Source of the DNA: Alphaproteobacteria bacterium
Lineage (GTDB): Bacteria; Pseudomonadota; Alphaproteobacteria; JBFXJJ01
Assembly (NCBI GenBank): GCA_050175015.1
Contig: JBFXJJ010000005.1
Coordinates: 96,001 to 160,000, forward strand
Length of the DNA stretch: 64,000 nt
Reading direction: 5' to 3'
Shown here: in pieces, positions 37,256 through 46,231 of the stretch
How the letters are laid out: the number at the start of each line of letters is the position of its first letter
Position numbering within the stretch: position 1 is the stretch's first letter
Program-made: the position numbers and the translations under genes
Notes under the pieces: generated by a model
What the model was told of the DNA's origin: nothing
The model's database searches: none
What the model saw: only the letters and a program-made list of their open reading frames with translations

Positions 37256-38522
37256 TTATCTGGTCTTGGCTGTCAATTTTATTGATAACCAAATCATTAT
37301 CAGAGCTGGTTTCTACATAATCTTCAATATTACCTGTTATCTTTATCGTATCAGTTCCGCTTTCATCATAGATGCGGTCTTCGCCATCACCAGCAACAAA
37401 TTGATAGATGTTATTCTCTGTGCCGCCAAGCAGAATATCATCACCAATACCGCCATTTAAGGTCTTAGCACTGCTGGTTCCATAAATTATGTCTGAATTG
37501 TTATTAAAGGATATTTTCTCTATGGCATTACCATCAAAGTTATCAGTAACAGTTATTTTATCTCCTGTTGTGTTTTCAATAACTAAATCATCGCCAGAGC
37601 GGTAGGCGTTATAATCTGCAATATCTTCATTAACAACTATGCTGTCATTATCACCACTGTCATCAAATATGGTATCTTCCCCATCACCTGAGTTAAAAAC
37701 ATAAGTATCATTGCCAGCACCACCATTAAGAACATCATTGCCTGCTAAGCCTATAATTTTATCATCACTTGTTGTGCCAATAATAGTGTTATTTAAATTT
37801 TCGCCGATAAAATAACTTTTATTACCAACCGTTATTTTTAAGCTAACATCTCTATTTTCACTATCAGTGTAACTTTCATCCCCCATCCATTCAAAAGTTA
37901 CATTTTCTAAATCTGTAAGAGCTCCTTCGTAATTATTAAAAAACACAGCACTCATATCTCTTATTGCTGTTGCAATCAAAACATCTTGCCCCGTGTTGCC
38001 ATCAATAAAACTGCTAAACCTTCCTGGAAATTGACCGTCGAAAGTGTCAAAAACATTTATACCATTAAAATAAGTAGAGGCCATTGTCTGTGTCCAAGTA
38101 TTACAATTGGGACCTGTGGCATCATAATCAAGCAAGCCAAACGATGTTGATAGTGAACTTCTTAATTTGGCATCAAAAACAAGTTTATTATATGCTCTTA
38201 AAGCATCATTACCTTGAAAAAAGATGAATGTTTGAGCATTATAATTTGTTATAAATTCTTGAGTTGTGTCTCTTTCTCTATCATTAACATAAGTTTTAAC
38301 TCCCCAAATAATTTCATTTCCTTGGTTATCTATATATGTTTGTCCTGAAGATTCGACAAAAGCAAAATCAATATTGCCATCGACAACGATTAAATCAATT
38401 GCTTTTACAGTCAAACTTCCATCATCATTAGTTATTAATAAATCATAGCCAGAGTGCATAAGAGTGGTTTGAGGGGCATCAATTGATCTGGTATGAGCAC
38501 GCAATTCGTAAGTAACAGACAT
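37230..38522 (-). CDS. Orphan RTX cassette 2: alternative N-terminal domain + homology block, no secretion signal
   Basis: RBS AAGGAG; N-terminus homologous to but divergent from that of the full gene; last ~180 aa nearly identical to it, ending KSHFKIAS. Confidence 0.85.
   Translation of the reverse strand: MSVTYELRAHTRSIDAPQTTLMHSGYDLLITNDDGSLTVKAIDLIVVDGNIDFAFVESSGQTYIDNQGNEIIWGVKTYVNDRERDTTQEFITNYNAQTFIFFQGNDALRAYNKLVFDAKLRSSLSTSFGLLDYDATGPNCNTWTQTMASTYFNGINVFDTFDGQFPGRFSSFIDGNTGQDVLIATAIRDMSAVFFNNYEGALTDLENVTFEWMGDESYTDSENRDVSLKITVGNKSYFIGENLNNTIIGTTSDDKIIGLAGNDVLNGGAGNDTYVFNSGDGEDTIFDDSGDNDSIVVNEDIADYNAYRSGDDLVIENTTGDKITVTDNFDGNAIEKISFNNNSDIIYGTSSAKTLNGGIGDDILLGGTENNIYQFVAGDGEDRIYDESGTDTIKITGNIEDYVETSSDNDLVINKIDSQDQIKSHFKIAS
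37256..37783 (-). repeat. RTX homology block, copy 2
   Basis: 528-bp near-identical copy of 35173-35700. Confidence 0.93.
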
Positions 38523-38540
38523 AAAAAACTCCTTCTAAAA

Positions 38541-39161
38541 TTAATTAATAATTATTCCGAAAAATAAATAAATGAATGTTGGTAAAAACATTGCAAAAAC
38601 AAAACAGATATATGTTGCTATTCTCAGATATGTTTTATTATTGACGTTGAGCTTTTTGCCAAAATTGGTAAAAAAGAAGAGCAAACCGAATAATGAATTT
38701 ATAATATCAGCAAACCAGCTATATTTGTGGGCAAAACTAAATAATATAAAACCAAAATGACAGAAAAAGTTTTTTAATGATATTTGACCTATATATTTAA
38801 CACATAATTCTTTTTGATAATCCCGCATCCCAAAAGATACTGCAGAAGGATTATTTATTTTGACAAGCATTATTATTAACATAATAAAAAATGTTATTAG
38901 TGAGATCATAGCAATAATTTTTATAAAGATTTCTTTTGAAAAAGCGTTATATGCGAGGTATACAAAGACAATCCAAGTTAGGCTATATAAAAAAGCAATG
39001 TTCCAGTTTAATCTCATTCCTGTAGATAAATTATTTATAAGCATAAAAACACTAAAACAAAGCAATAAAAACAACCATATTATGGATAAAATTTTAAGTA
39101 CTTTGGTTATTTTTAGCTGTTTAATGCTATTCAAATTTATGCTTTTGTTAAATGTTTCCAT
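38541..39161 (-). CDS. Multi-pass membrane protein, cassette 2 partner (putative immunity/anchor)
   Basis: 5-6 hydrophobic segments; RBS AAGGA; ends 18 bp upstream of cassette 2 ORF. Confidence 0.65.
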   Translation of the reverse strand: METFNKSINLNSIKQLKITKVLKILSIIWLFLLLCFSVFMLINNLSTGMRLNWNIAFLYSLTWIVFVYLAYNAFSKEIFIKIIAMISLITFFIMLIIMLVKINNPSAVSFGMRDYQKELCVKYIGQISLKNFFCHFGFILFSFAHKYSWFADIINSLFGLLFFFTNFGKKLNVNNKTYLRIATYICFVFAMFLPTFIYLFFGIIIN

Positions 39162-39224
39162 TATTATATCCTTAAAATAATAAAATTTGTTTTCTGCAAA
39201 ATATCGTTACACAATATATGCCGT

Positions 39225-39361
39225 TTTAATCTAAAATGCACATAATTTTTTGTTACATTTGTCCAACATAAAACCATCTTAGGTTGAGTGATAGCGTTTA
39301 CAATTTCAGCTCTAAATAATTACTAATACAGCCGTCTAAGAGGCTATTTTAAAATGCGATT
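39225..39361 (-). repeat. Conserved cassette junction/leader, copy B
   Basis: 137-bp match to 37119-37255 (offset 2106 bp). Confidence 0.85.
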
Positions 39362-40830
39362 TTATCTGGTCTTGACTGTCAATTTTATTGATAACCAAAT
39401 CATTATCAGAGCTGGTTTCTACATAATCTTCAATATTACCTGTTATCTTTATCGTATCAGTTCCGCTTTCGTCATAGATGCGGTCTTCGCCATCACCAGC
39501 AATAAACTGATAGATATTGTTTTCTGTACCGCCAAGCAGAATGTCATCGCCAATACCGCCATTTAAGGTCTTAGCACTGCTGGTGCCATAAATTATGGCT
39601 GAATTGTTGTTAAAGGATATTTTCTCTATGGCATTACCATCAAAGTTATCAGTAACAGTTATTTTATCTCCTGTTGTGTTTTCAATAACCAAATCATCGC
39701 CAGAGCGGTAGGCATTATAATCTGCAATATCTTCATTAACAACTATGCGGTCATTATCACCACTGTTATCAAATATGGTATCTTCCCCATCACCTGCATT
39801 AAAAACATAAGTATCATTGCCAGAACCACCTAAGAGGATATCGTCAAAACTACTACCAGTTATATTATCTTCACCGTCCCCTCCAATAAAAACTATACCA
39901 TTTTTCTCATAATCACTTATATTTGGAACATCAAAAAAACCATAAACAGGCATATCAGATGAAGAAAGTGTATCTCCGTTATTAGTACCATATATAATCG
40001 GACGATCTTGAACGTCAAGAAATCTGGTAATCCCAGAATTTCATAAATTGTTTAATAAAGTATCTCCTCCTAGTTTCATAAGAGTTAATTTTTCAATAGG
40101 ATTAATAATTTGTGAACTTGTTATAAAATTATTTTCAGCATCAAAATCATCTTGAGTATATGGCTCTCTTGCTAAAGGAACTTGTGTAAATTCAATTTCA
40201 ACTTTTCGGCCTATTTTAGATGGATCAATATTATTTTTAATAAAAGCATTGCCAATGCTTGCCGTAAAATCATCACTTTGTAAGTCAAAATTTTCTTTAT
40301 AATATGTACCATCTTCTAATTGATAATCATGTAAGGGGGCTACAGCTAAATTTAAAATGCTTCTATTTCCATTCGCATCAACAGTAAAGCGTATAGCATC
40401 TTCTAATTTAAAGGATGTTGATCCCCAAACGTAAAATCTTTCAAGATAATCATTAAATCCCATACTGTCATCGTAAAAATCATACTGTTCTATATTAAAT
40501 ATAAACGAAGTAAGTTTTGGATTTAAAAGATTACAAAGATGATCCGCTATCTGTTCCTTATCAAAATCTCCACTTGGAACGTCATATTTATATGTTCCAT
40601 CAGAATTTTTTTTAAAAAAACGCTGGATTATTTTAAACTGTGACGCAACAGCAAATCGGCCTGCTCCATTAGTCATAAAATTAGCACCATCAACTTCTAT
40701 TGAAACAACATCCGCTTCTGGTCTAAAAGCTTTCTGAGGTTAAATCGCTGGGAGTTGTTTCTTGTCCATATAAATATAAATTTGTTATTGTTTCTGGGGT
40801 AAGTCTATGAGTGTCATTATAAATAGTCAT
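39336..40830 (-). pseudogene. Orphan RTX cassette 3, disrupted (frameshift near 40725, in-frame TGA at 40041-40043)
   Basis: AGGAG + ATG at 40830 reads MTIYNDTHRLTPETITNLYLYGQETTPSDLTSESF*, continues in another frame RPEADVVSIEVDGANFMTNGAGRFA...NNL*NSGITRFLD...MPVYG into the homology block, ending KSHFKIAS. Confidence 0.85.
39362..39830 (-). repeat. RTX homology block, copy 3 (shorter)
   Basis: Near-identical to the other two blocks from GG.GNDTYVFN to SQDQI. Confidence 0.9.
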
Positions 40831-40867
40831 TTTTATATTCTCCTAAAAGTCACATTTATTATTAGCG

Positions 40868-41839
40868 TCATCGAAAAATCTCGCTCCATTCGACTTCAAC
40901 AAATTCGCCACAATTAGTAATTACAACAATTCCTTTAGCAAAAGTTTCATACCCTATACTACCATCTTCGTTCTCGTATCGTTTAAGATAGCTAAAAAAA
41001 GCAGTATCGGCAGCTTTACCTCGCAATTTAAGATTAGTGAAAACTTTAGGGCAACCATCATAATCTCTCCAGAAAGAAGGGCTGTCTTGGCAATCAAAGA
41101 CAACAAAACCAGGATTAATTGTTAAAAATTCTTGGACATTATTATATTTAATCAGTCTCTTTTTTACTCCATTAATAGTAGTGTAATCTTTTTGATTTTT
41201 AATTATTGAAGATATTAGAATTTGCGTCTTATTTTCTTCAGATAACCAACGCATTTTTTTAAAGCAAAATCCTGAATAATTAAGACCACAAACAATAATT
41301 AAAATTGCTAAAGGAATGAATAGAGGGATAATATATATTTTTTTAACACTCGGTTTGGAATGTTTGTTTATATTAACCTCTTCGTCCTGTTTTCTATTTA
41401 TAAATAATTTCAATCCAAACAGCGGCAAAAAAATAAAAATAGTAGATAGTATTATTAAAAACATCACCAATAAAAAAATTGAGCATATTATTGTCAAAAT
41501 AGTATTAGAAAAGCCTACAAAACTAAGCAAATGGCTTATAAAGAACCATAAAATCATATATAAGCGCATGCAATATTCTTCAGCTGATACAAAAAGAAAA
41601 CAAAGTATAAGTATGAACAGGAATGCTCTAACAGTTCTATCATTCAAAAATACTATGGTTTTTCTTAACATTTTATTTTCTCTAGATAATAAAAGTCTTA
41701 TGTTTATGGAACAGCTTTTTGATTGTTTTTCTTTTACATTCAGCGTTGTATCTTGCTTTGTTTTATCAAATTCATCTGAATTTTTTTCGATAACATTTCC
41801 AGAGATATCTTCGATTGTTTTATTGTCATTGTTAGTCAT
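40868..41839 (-). CDS. Membrane protein with C-terminal soluble domain, cassette 3 partner
   Basis: 3-4 TM segments then 'LNYSGFCFKKMRWLSEE...TNCG' domain; ends 37 bp upstream of cassette 3 start. Confidence 0.65.
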   Translation of the reverse strand: MTNNDNKTIEDISGNVIEKNSDEFDKTKQDTTLNVKEKQSKSCSINIRLLLSRENKMLRKTIVFLNDRTVRAFLFILILCFLFVSAEEYCMRLYMILWFFISHLLSFVGFSNTILTIICSIFLLVMFLIILSTIFIFLPLFGLKLFINRKQDEEVNINKHSKPSVKKIYIIPLFIPLAILIIVCGLNYSGFCFKKMRWLSEENKTQILISSIIKNQKDYTTINGVKKRLIKYNNVQEFLTINPGFVVFDCQDSPSFWRDYDGCPKVFTNLKLRGKAADTAFFSYLKRYENEDGSIGYETFAKGIVVITNCGEFVEVEWSEIFR

Positions 41840-41919
41840 TTAAAGCTATAACCTTTACTTAGAGACGTAATATGCAAAAATTGCTTTATAGCTTATACCC
41901 ATTTGAACTTAAAGCCGTG

Positions 41920-42003
41920 TAATTTTTTTGTTATATTTTGCTAACAAAATGATACTATAGGTTGAGTTGAGAAGAGCTGTTTTTGGCTCTAAATAATTAC
42001 TAA
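41920..42003 (-). repeat. Cassette leader, divergent copy C
   Basis: Shares TAATTTTTTTGTTATATTTT, GGTTGAGT and GCTCTAAATAATTACTAA (41986-42003) with copies A and B. Confidence 0.75.
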
Positions 42004-42108
42004 AAATATTATGCCGCAGATTTAATTTTTGATGTTATTTTATCACCATTTGATAAAATGGTGTTATCGTAGAAAAGTTTTGTTCTTGTTCTGTTAAAGG
42101 TGTTTCGC

Positions 42109-43743
42109 TCATAGATTAACTCCCCAATGATTAGTATTTTTTTTATCTTTAAATAAGTAGATTATTATAAAAAATAAAAAATTTGATAAATGAATAAAAA
42201 ATAAAAAAAACATAGTATATGTCATAGCTGAATATGGTATTTCAATTTGAAGCTTTTTAGGATCACAAAACATCAAAAATAAAGAGAACATGCTTAAAGA
42301 ATAAAAAATAATTAAACCTGAAAACAAGGTTGTTATTGGTGGATTATTTTTTTGTAAATCTATTTTAGTAAAAAAAGCATCTATTGGAAACACAGTTGAA
42401 CATATTATAATGATTAAAAGATAAACATAAATATAACTATCTGAGCTTAAATGTCTTATAGAAAAAGTTTGTTTATTGTAGTCGAAAAGCCAAACGTTCT
42501 TCCATATATCAGTTAAATAAATAGGACCGCTACAAGAATTGCCATAGTAAGCCCTGATAAAATCACCTATAAAAATAGCAATAAAAAATACCCAAAATGC
42601 AATTTCTCCTTTTTTTGATTTGCCTAAAAAACATTCCTCATGTTGAGGCATACGATATCTAAAAAAAGTAGACACAACAAAAATTAAAGCTAAGGTAACA
42701 GGGATAGTAGCTATAGCATATTGGTTTTTCTGCCATAGCAATACAACCTGTAATAAGATTATGTAGGAAACACTAAAAACACTATAACAACGATAAAGCA
42801 ACCCTGTTTTAAATTTATTGATGGCTTTATCTGCTGTCTCACCGTTATTATCCTTAATATTAGCATCGGCTCCAGCATCAATAAGCGTTTGCATAATTTC
42901 AATATTATTATTAGTGCTGGCTATAAATAAGGCGGTTTGCCCTTCATTGTCTTTAATATTAACCTTTGCTCCATTAGCAATAAGTAACTTTACAACATCT
43001 AAACGATTGAAAGTCGTCGCATAAAATAAAGCCGTACATCCATTATTATCAAGAGCATTAATATTGGCTCCAGATTTTATCAAAAAATCAACAATGTCTT
43101 TATTTTTCGAGGCTAACATCAATGGAGTAATGCCGTCATTATTCACTTGATTGATGTCAAGTCCGAGATTTAAAAATGTTTTTATAATTTCAGGATTAGA
43201 ATTGCAGGCAGCAAGATGAAGCGCTGAAGATGCTTTTGCTGTTTTATCATTAACATTTGCTCCTAATCTAATTAAAGTTTTTATAACTTCAGGGTTTTTA
43301 TTAAGCCTAGCTGCAAGTAATATGGGGGTTATCTCATGTATGAAGAATTTGTGCTTTGTTTCATCAAATTCAATGTTAACACCTTTAAACTTAATATTAA
43401 GATTATCTCCTGATTTAACGGCTTTTTCTATGTGCTCAGAGGAGCCATAGATTATAATATCTAAAAAACTTTTTTGAAAAAAACCTAATTTTTGAAAAAA
43501 ACCTAATATATCGGCCAAAATTGATAGAGGAATATAACTAATAATAAAAGAAAAAACGAAGTAGAAAATTATTTCTTCAATAGAGAAAGATTGGAAAAAC
43601 TTGAAAAAAATTAAAGCTACATATAAAGGTGTATATATTAAAAGCCACATAGATAGAAAGATTCTATTAAAATTCAGCGAATTGAATCTAAGAGATAATT
43701 TATCTTTAGAAAAAAGATTTAGCAGCAAATAGCGTATGTTCAT
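42109..43743 (-). CDS. Ankyrin-repeat multi-pass membrane protein
   Basis: About 5 ankyrin repeats ('G.TPL..A', 'GA.VN..D..G.TAL') between 2 N-terminal and ~6 C-terminal TM segments. Confidence 0.85.
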   Translation of the reverse strand: MNIRYLLLNLFSKDKLSLRFNSLNFNRIFLSMWLLIYTPLYVALIFFKFFQSFSIEEIIFYFVFSFIISYIPLSILADILGFFQKLGFFQKSFLDIIIYGSSEHIEKAVKSGDNLNIKFKGVNIEFDETKHKFFIHEITPILLAARLNKNPEVIKTLIRLGANVNDKTAKASSALHLAACNSNPEIIKTFLNLGLDINQVNNDGITPLMLASKNKDIVDFLIKSGANINALDNNGCTALFYATTFNRLDVVKLLIANGAKVNIKDNEGQTALFIASTNNNIEIMQTLIDAGADANIKDNNGETADKAINKFKTGLLYRCYSVFSVSYIILLQVVLLWQKNQYAIATIPVTLALIFVVSTFFRYRMPQHEECFLGKSKKGEIAFWVFFIAIFIGDFIRAYYGNSCSGPIYLTDIWKNVWLFDYNKQTFSIRHLSSDSYIYVYLLIIIICSTVFPIDAFFTKIDLQKNNPPITTLFSGLIIFYSLSMFSLFLMFCDPKKLQIEIPYSAMTYTMFFLFFIHLSNFLFFIIIYLFKDKKNTNHWGVNL

Positions 43744-44038
43744 ATGGCAATCCGTGTTTAAATTTAATCTTTAAGTATTTTATAACTCTTTTTTTTTATG
43801 ACTATCAACTAAAAAGAGAGATAAAATTGTGATTTTTTTAGATTCGTTATATTTTAATGGTAAAACAGGCTAGTTTTTATCGTTTCAGCTTTGTTGATAG
43901 AGCGTCATCTTATGTTAAAAAAATGTAACAAAGCCACTAATTATAGAAGATTTTTATCTTTTTATTATTTTAATTCTTGAGTGTTGTTTAGCTTTTTTGT
44001 AAGTTACTTTTAGTTTTCAACTAAAGGTTTTATTTAGA

Positions 44039-46231
44039 ATGGTCTCCCAAATAATCTCTCCCAATTTTGAAGCATCAAAAAGCGAACAAAAAGCCCCCAA
44101 TCTTGATACAGGATTGATTGCTCTGGTTATGATTGGCCGCTTTTTTGAACGTCCTGCTGATCCTTTCCAAATTAAGCATAGTTTAGGCAAAGGTGAGTTA
44201 CTGCTTTCGGAAATAGATATTCTGCGGGCAGCAAAGCTGCTTGATTTAAAAGCCAAAGCTATCTCTTCTGATTTTGACCGTATTGCCTCCAAAACGCCGC
44301 TGCCTTGTATTGCTCAGAGCAATGATGGGGAGTGGTTTATTATTGGACGGGCTGCGGAAGATAAAATCTTAATTCATAAGCCTGGGCAAAAAAATCCAGA
44401 AATCATCGCTAAAGAAGCTTTTATGAGTTTATGGTCTGGGCGTTTGATTCTTTTTACCAGCCGCAAAACCACCGTTGGCGGACGCCGCCGTTTTGATGTC
44501 TCGTGGTTTATTCCTGCGGTTGTTAAATATCGCCGTTTATTTGCCGAGGTTCTTCTGGCATCGTTTTTCTTGCAACTCTTTGCTCTAGTTTCACCTTTGT
44601 TGTTTCAGGTTATTATTGATAAGGTTCTGGTGCATCACGGCCGCAGCACGCTTGATGTTATCTTTTTTGCTTTATTATCTATCGCCATTTTTGAAAGTGT
44701 TTTAGGCGCACTTCGCACTTATGTGTTTTCGCATACGACTAACCGAATTGATGTCGAACTTGGAACACAGTTGTTTCGGCATTTAACAGGACTGCCTTTG
44801 GCTTATTTTGGCGCCCGCCGTGTTGGTGATACGGTTGCTCGTGTCAGAGAGCTTGAAAATATCCGCAGTTTTTTAACTGGTTCGGCTTTGACATTAGTAA
44901 TCGATCTTGCTTTTACATTCGTCTTTTTTACAGTGATGTTTTATTATGCCCCTATTCTTTCTTGGATTGTGGTTGGCTCTATTCCTTTTTATGTTGTCTT
45001 ATCCTTGCTAATTTCACCGCTCCTGCATCAAAGAGTTGAAACCAAATTTAAGCACGGCGCAGAAAACCAAGCCTTTTTAGTAGAAACCATTACAGGAATA
45101 GAAACCGTTAAAGCTATGGCTTTGGAACCACAGTCTCACCGCCGCTGGGAAGAACAGCTTGCGGCTTATGTTGCTAGCTCTTTTAAGGTTAGCAATCTTG
45201 GCAATGTCGGACAGCAGACAATTCGCTTAATTCAAAAAGCGACTTCAGCTTTAACTCTGTTTTTTGGCGCCAAATTGGTTATGGATAACAGCTTGTCCGT
45301 TGGGCAGCTTGTAGCATTTAATATGCTGGCGGGCAATGTTTCTTCCCCAATCCTGCGTTTAGCTCAGGTGTGGCAGGATTTTCAGCAAGTTAGAATATCG
45401 ATTGACCGTTTAGGTGATATTTTAAATAATCCTCCTGAGCCTTCGGTTGAAACTGGTAGAGCTCCTACAACAGCGCTTAAAGGTCATGTTGTTTTTGAAA
45501 ATGTTTCTTTTCGTTATGATCCTTCGGGTTCACGCATTTTATCCGATATTAAACTTGATATTATGCCTGGTGAAACTATCGGCATTGTTGGTTCCTCAGG
45601 TTCGGGCAAAAGTACGCTCACCAAACTAATTCAGAGACTTTATATTCCAGAGCAAGGACGGATTATGGTTGATGATATTGATATTTCAACCGCAGATCCT
45701 GCTTGGCTCAGAAGGCAGATAGGTGTCGTTTTACAGGAAAATATGCTGTTCAACCGCTCGGTTAGAGATAATATTGCTATTACCAATCCTTCCGTTCCTA
45801 TGGAACGGGTCATTGAAGCTTCTAAGCTTGCAGGAGCTCATAGCTTTATTGCGGAACTTTCTGATGGTTATGACACAATAATAGGCGAAAGAGGTACCTC
45901 GCTTTCGGGCGGTCAACGCCAGAGAATTGCAATCGCTAGAGCTTTGCTTACCAATCCCCGAATTCTAATATTTGATGAAGCAACTTCCGCTCTCGACTAT
46001 GAATCTGAAAAAGCAATTCAAGATAATATGGAGAAAATCTGTCAAGGCAGGACAATGTTTATTATTGCGCATAGATTATCAACGGTGCGAAGCTGTTCTC
46101 GCATTATTGTGATTGAACGCGGCGAAATTGTTGAAATCGGAAGTCATAAGTCATTATTAAAATCAGGCGGGCGCTATGCTAACCTGTGGCGCTGCCAAAC
46201 TGATGATGCCGTTAAAGAGGTGTCATTATGA
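44039..46231 (+). CDS. hlyB: Type I secretion ABC transporter (HlyB family, C39-like domain)
   Basis: N-terminal C39-like domain lacking catalytic Cys (DTGL); 'RRVGDTVARVRELENIR.FLTG'; Walker A GSSGSGKST; LSGGQ; DEATSALD. Confidence 0.95.
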   Translation: MVSQIISPNFEASKSEQKAPNLDTGLIALVMIGRFFERPADPFQIKHSLGKGELLLSEIDILRAAKLLDLKAKAISSDFDRIASKTPLPCIAQSNDGEWFIIGRAAEDKILIHKPGQKNPEIIAKEAFMSLWSGRLILFTSRKTTVGGRRRFDVSWFIPAVVKYRRLFAEVLLASFFLQLFALVSPLLFQVIIDKVLVHHGRSTLDVIFFALLSIAIFESVLGALRTYVFSHTTNRIDVELGTQLFRHLTGLPLAYFGARRVGDTVARVRELENIRSFLTGSALTLVIDLAFTFVFFTVMFYYAPILSWIVVGSIPFYVVLSLLISPLLHQRVETKFKHGAENQAFLVETITGIETVKAMALEPQSHRRWEEQLAAYVASSFKVSNLGNVGQQTIRLIQKATSALTLFFGAKLVMDNSLSVGQLVAFNMLAGNVSSPILRLAQVWQDFQQVRISIDRLGDILNNPPEPSVETGRAPTTALKGHVVFENVSFRYDPSGSRILSDIKLDIMPGETIGIVGSSGSGKSTLTKLIQRLYIPEQGRIMVDDIDISTADPAWLRRQIGVVLQENMLFNRSVRDNIAITNPSVPMERVIEASKLAGAHSFIAELSDGYDTIIGERGTSLSGGQRQRIAIARALLTNPRILIFDEATSALDYESEKAIQDNMEKICQGRTMFIIAHRLSTVRSCSRIIVIERGEIVEIGSHKSLLKSGGRYANLWRCQTDDAVKEVSL

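Noticed and set aside
40041-40043. TGA recoding (genetic code 4/25 or selenocysteine)
   Set aside because: TGA terminates normal genes in this window (e.g. 830, 2504, 14486, 29577), and the same gene also has a frameshift, so decay is the simpler explanation.
41316-41843. 175-aa plus-strand ORF and similar antisense ORFs (38860-39180, 15830-16213, 46533-46904, 24594-24908)
   Set aside because: Fully antisense to better-supported genes, with no recognisable motifs.
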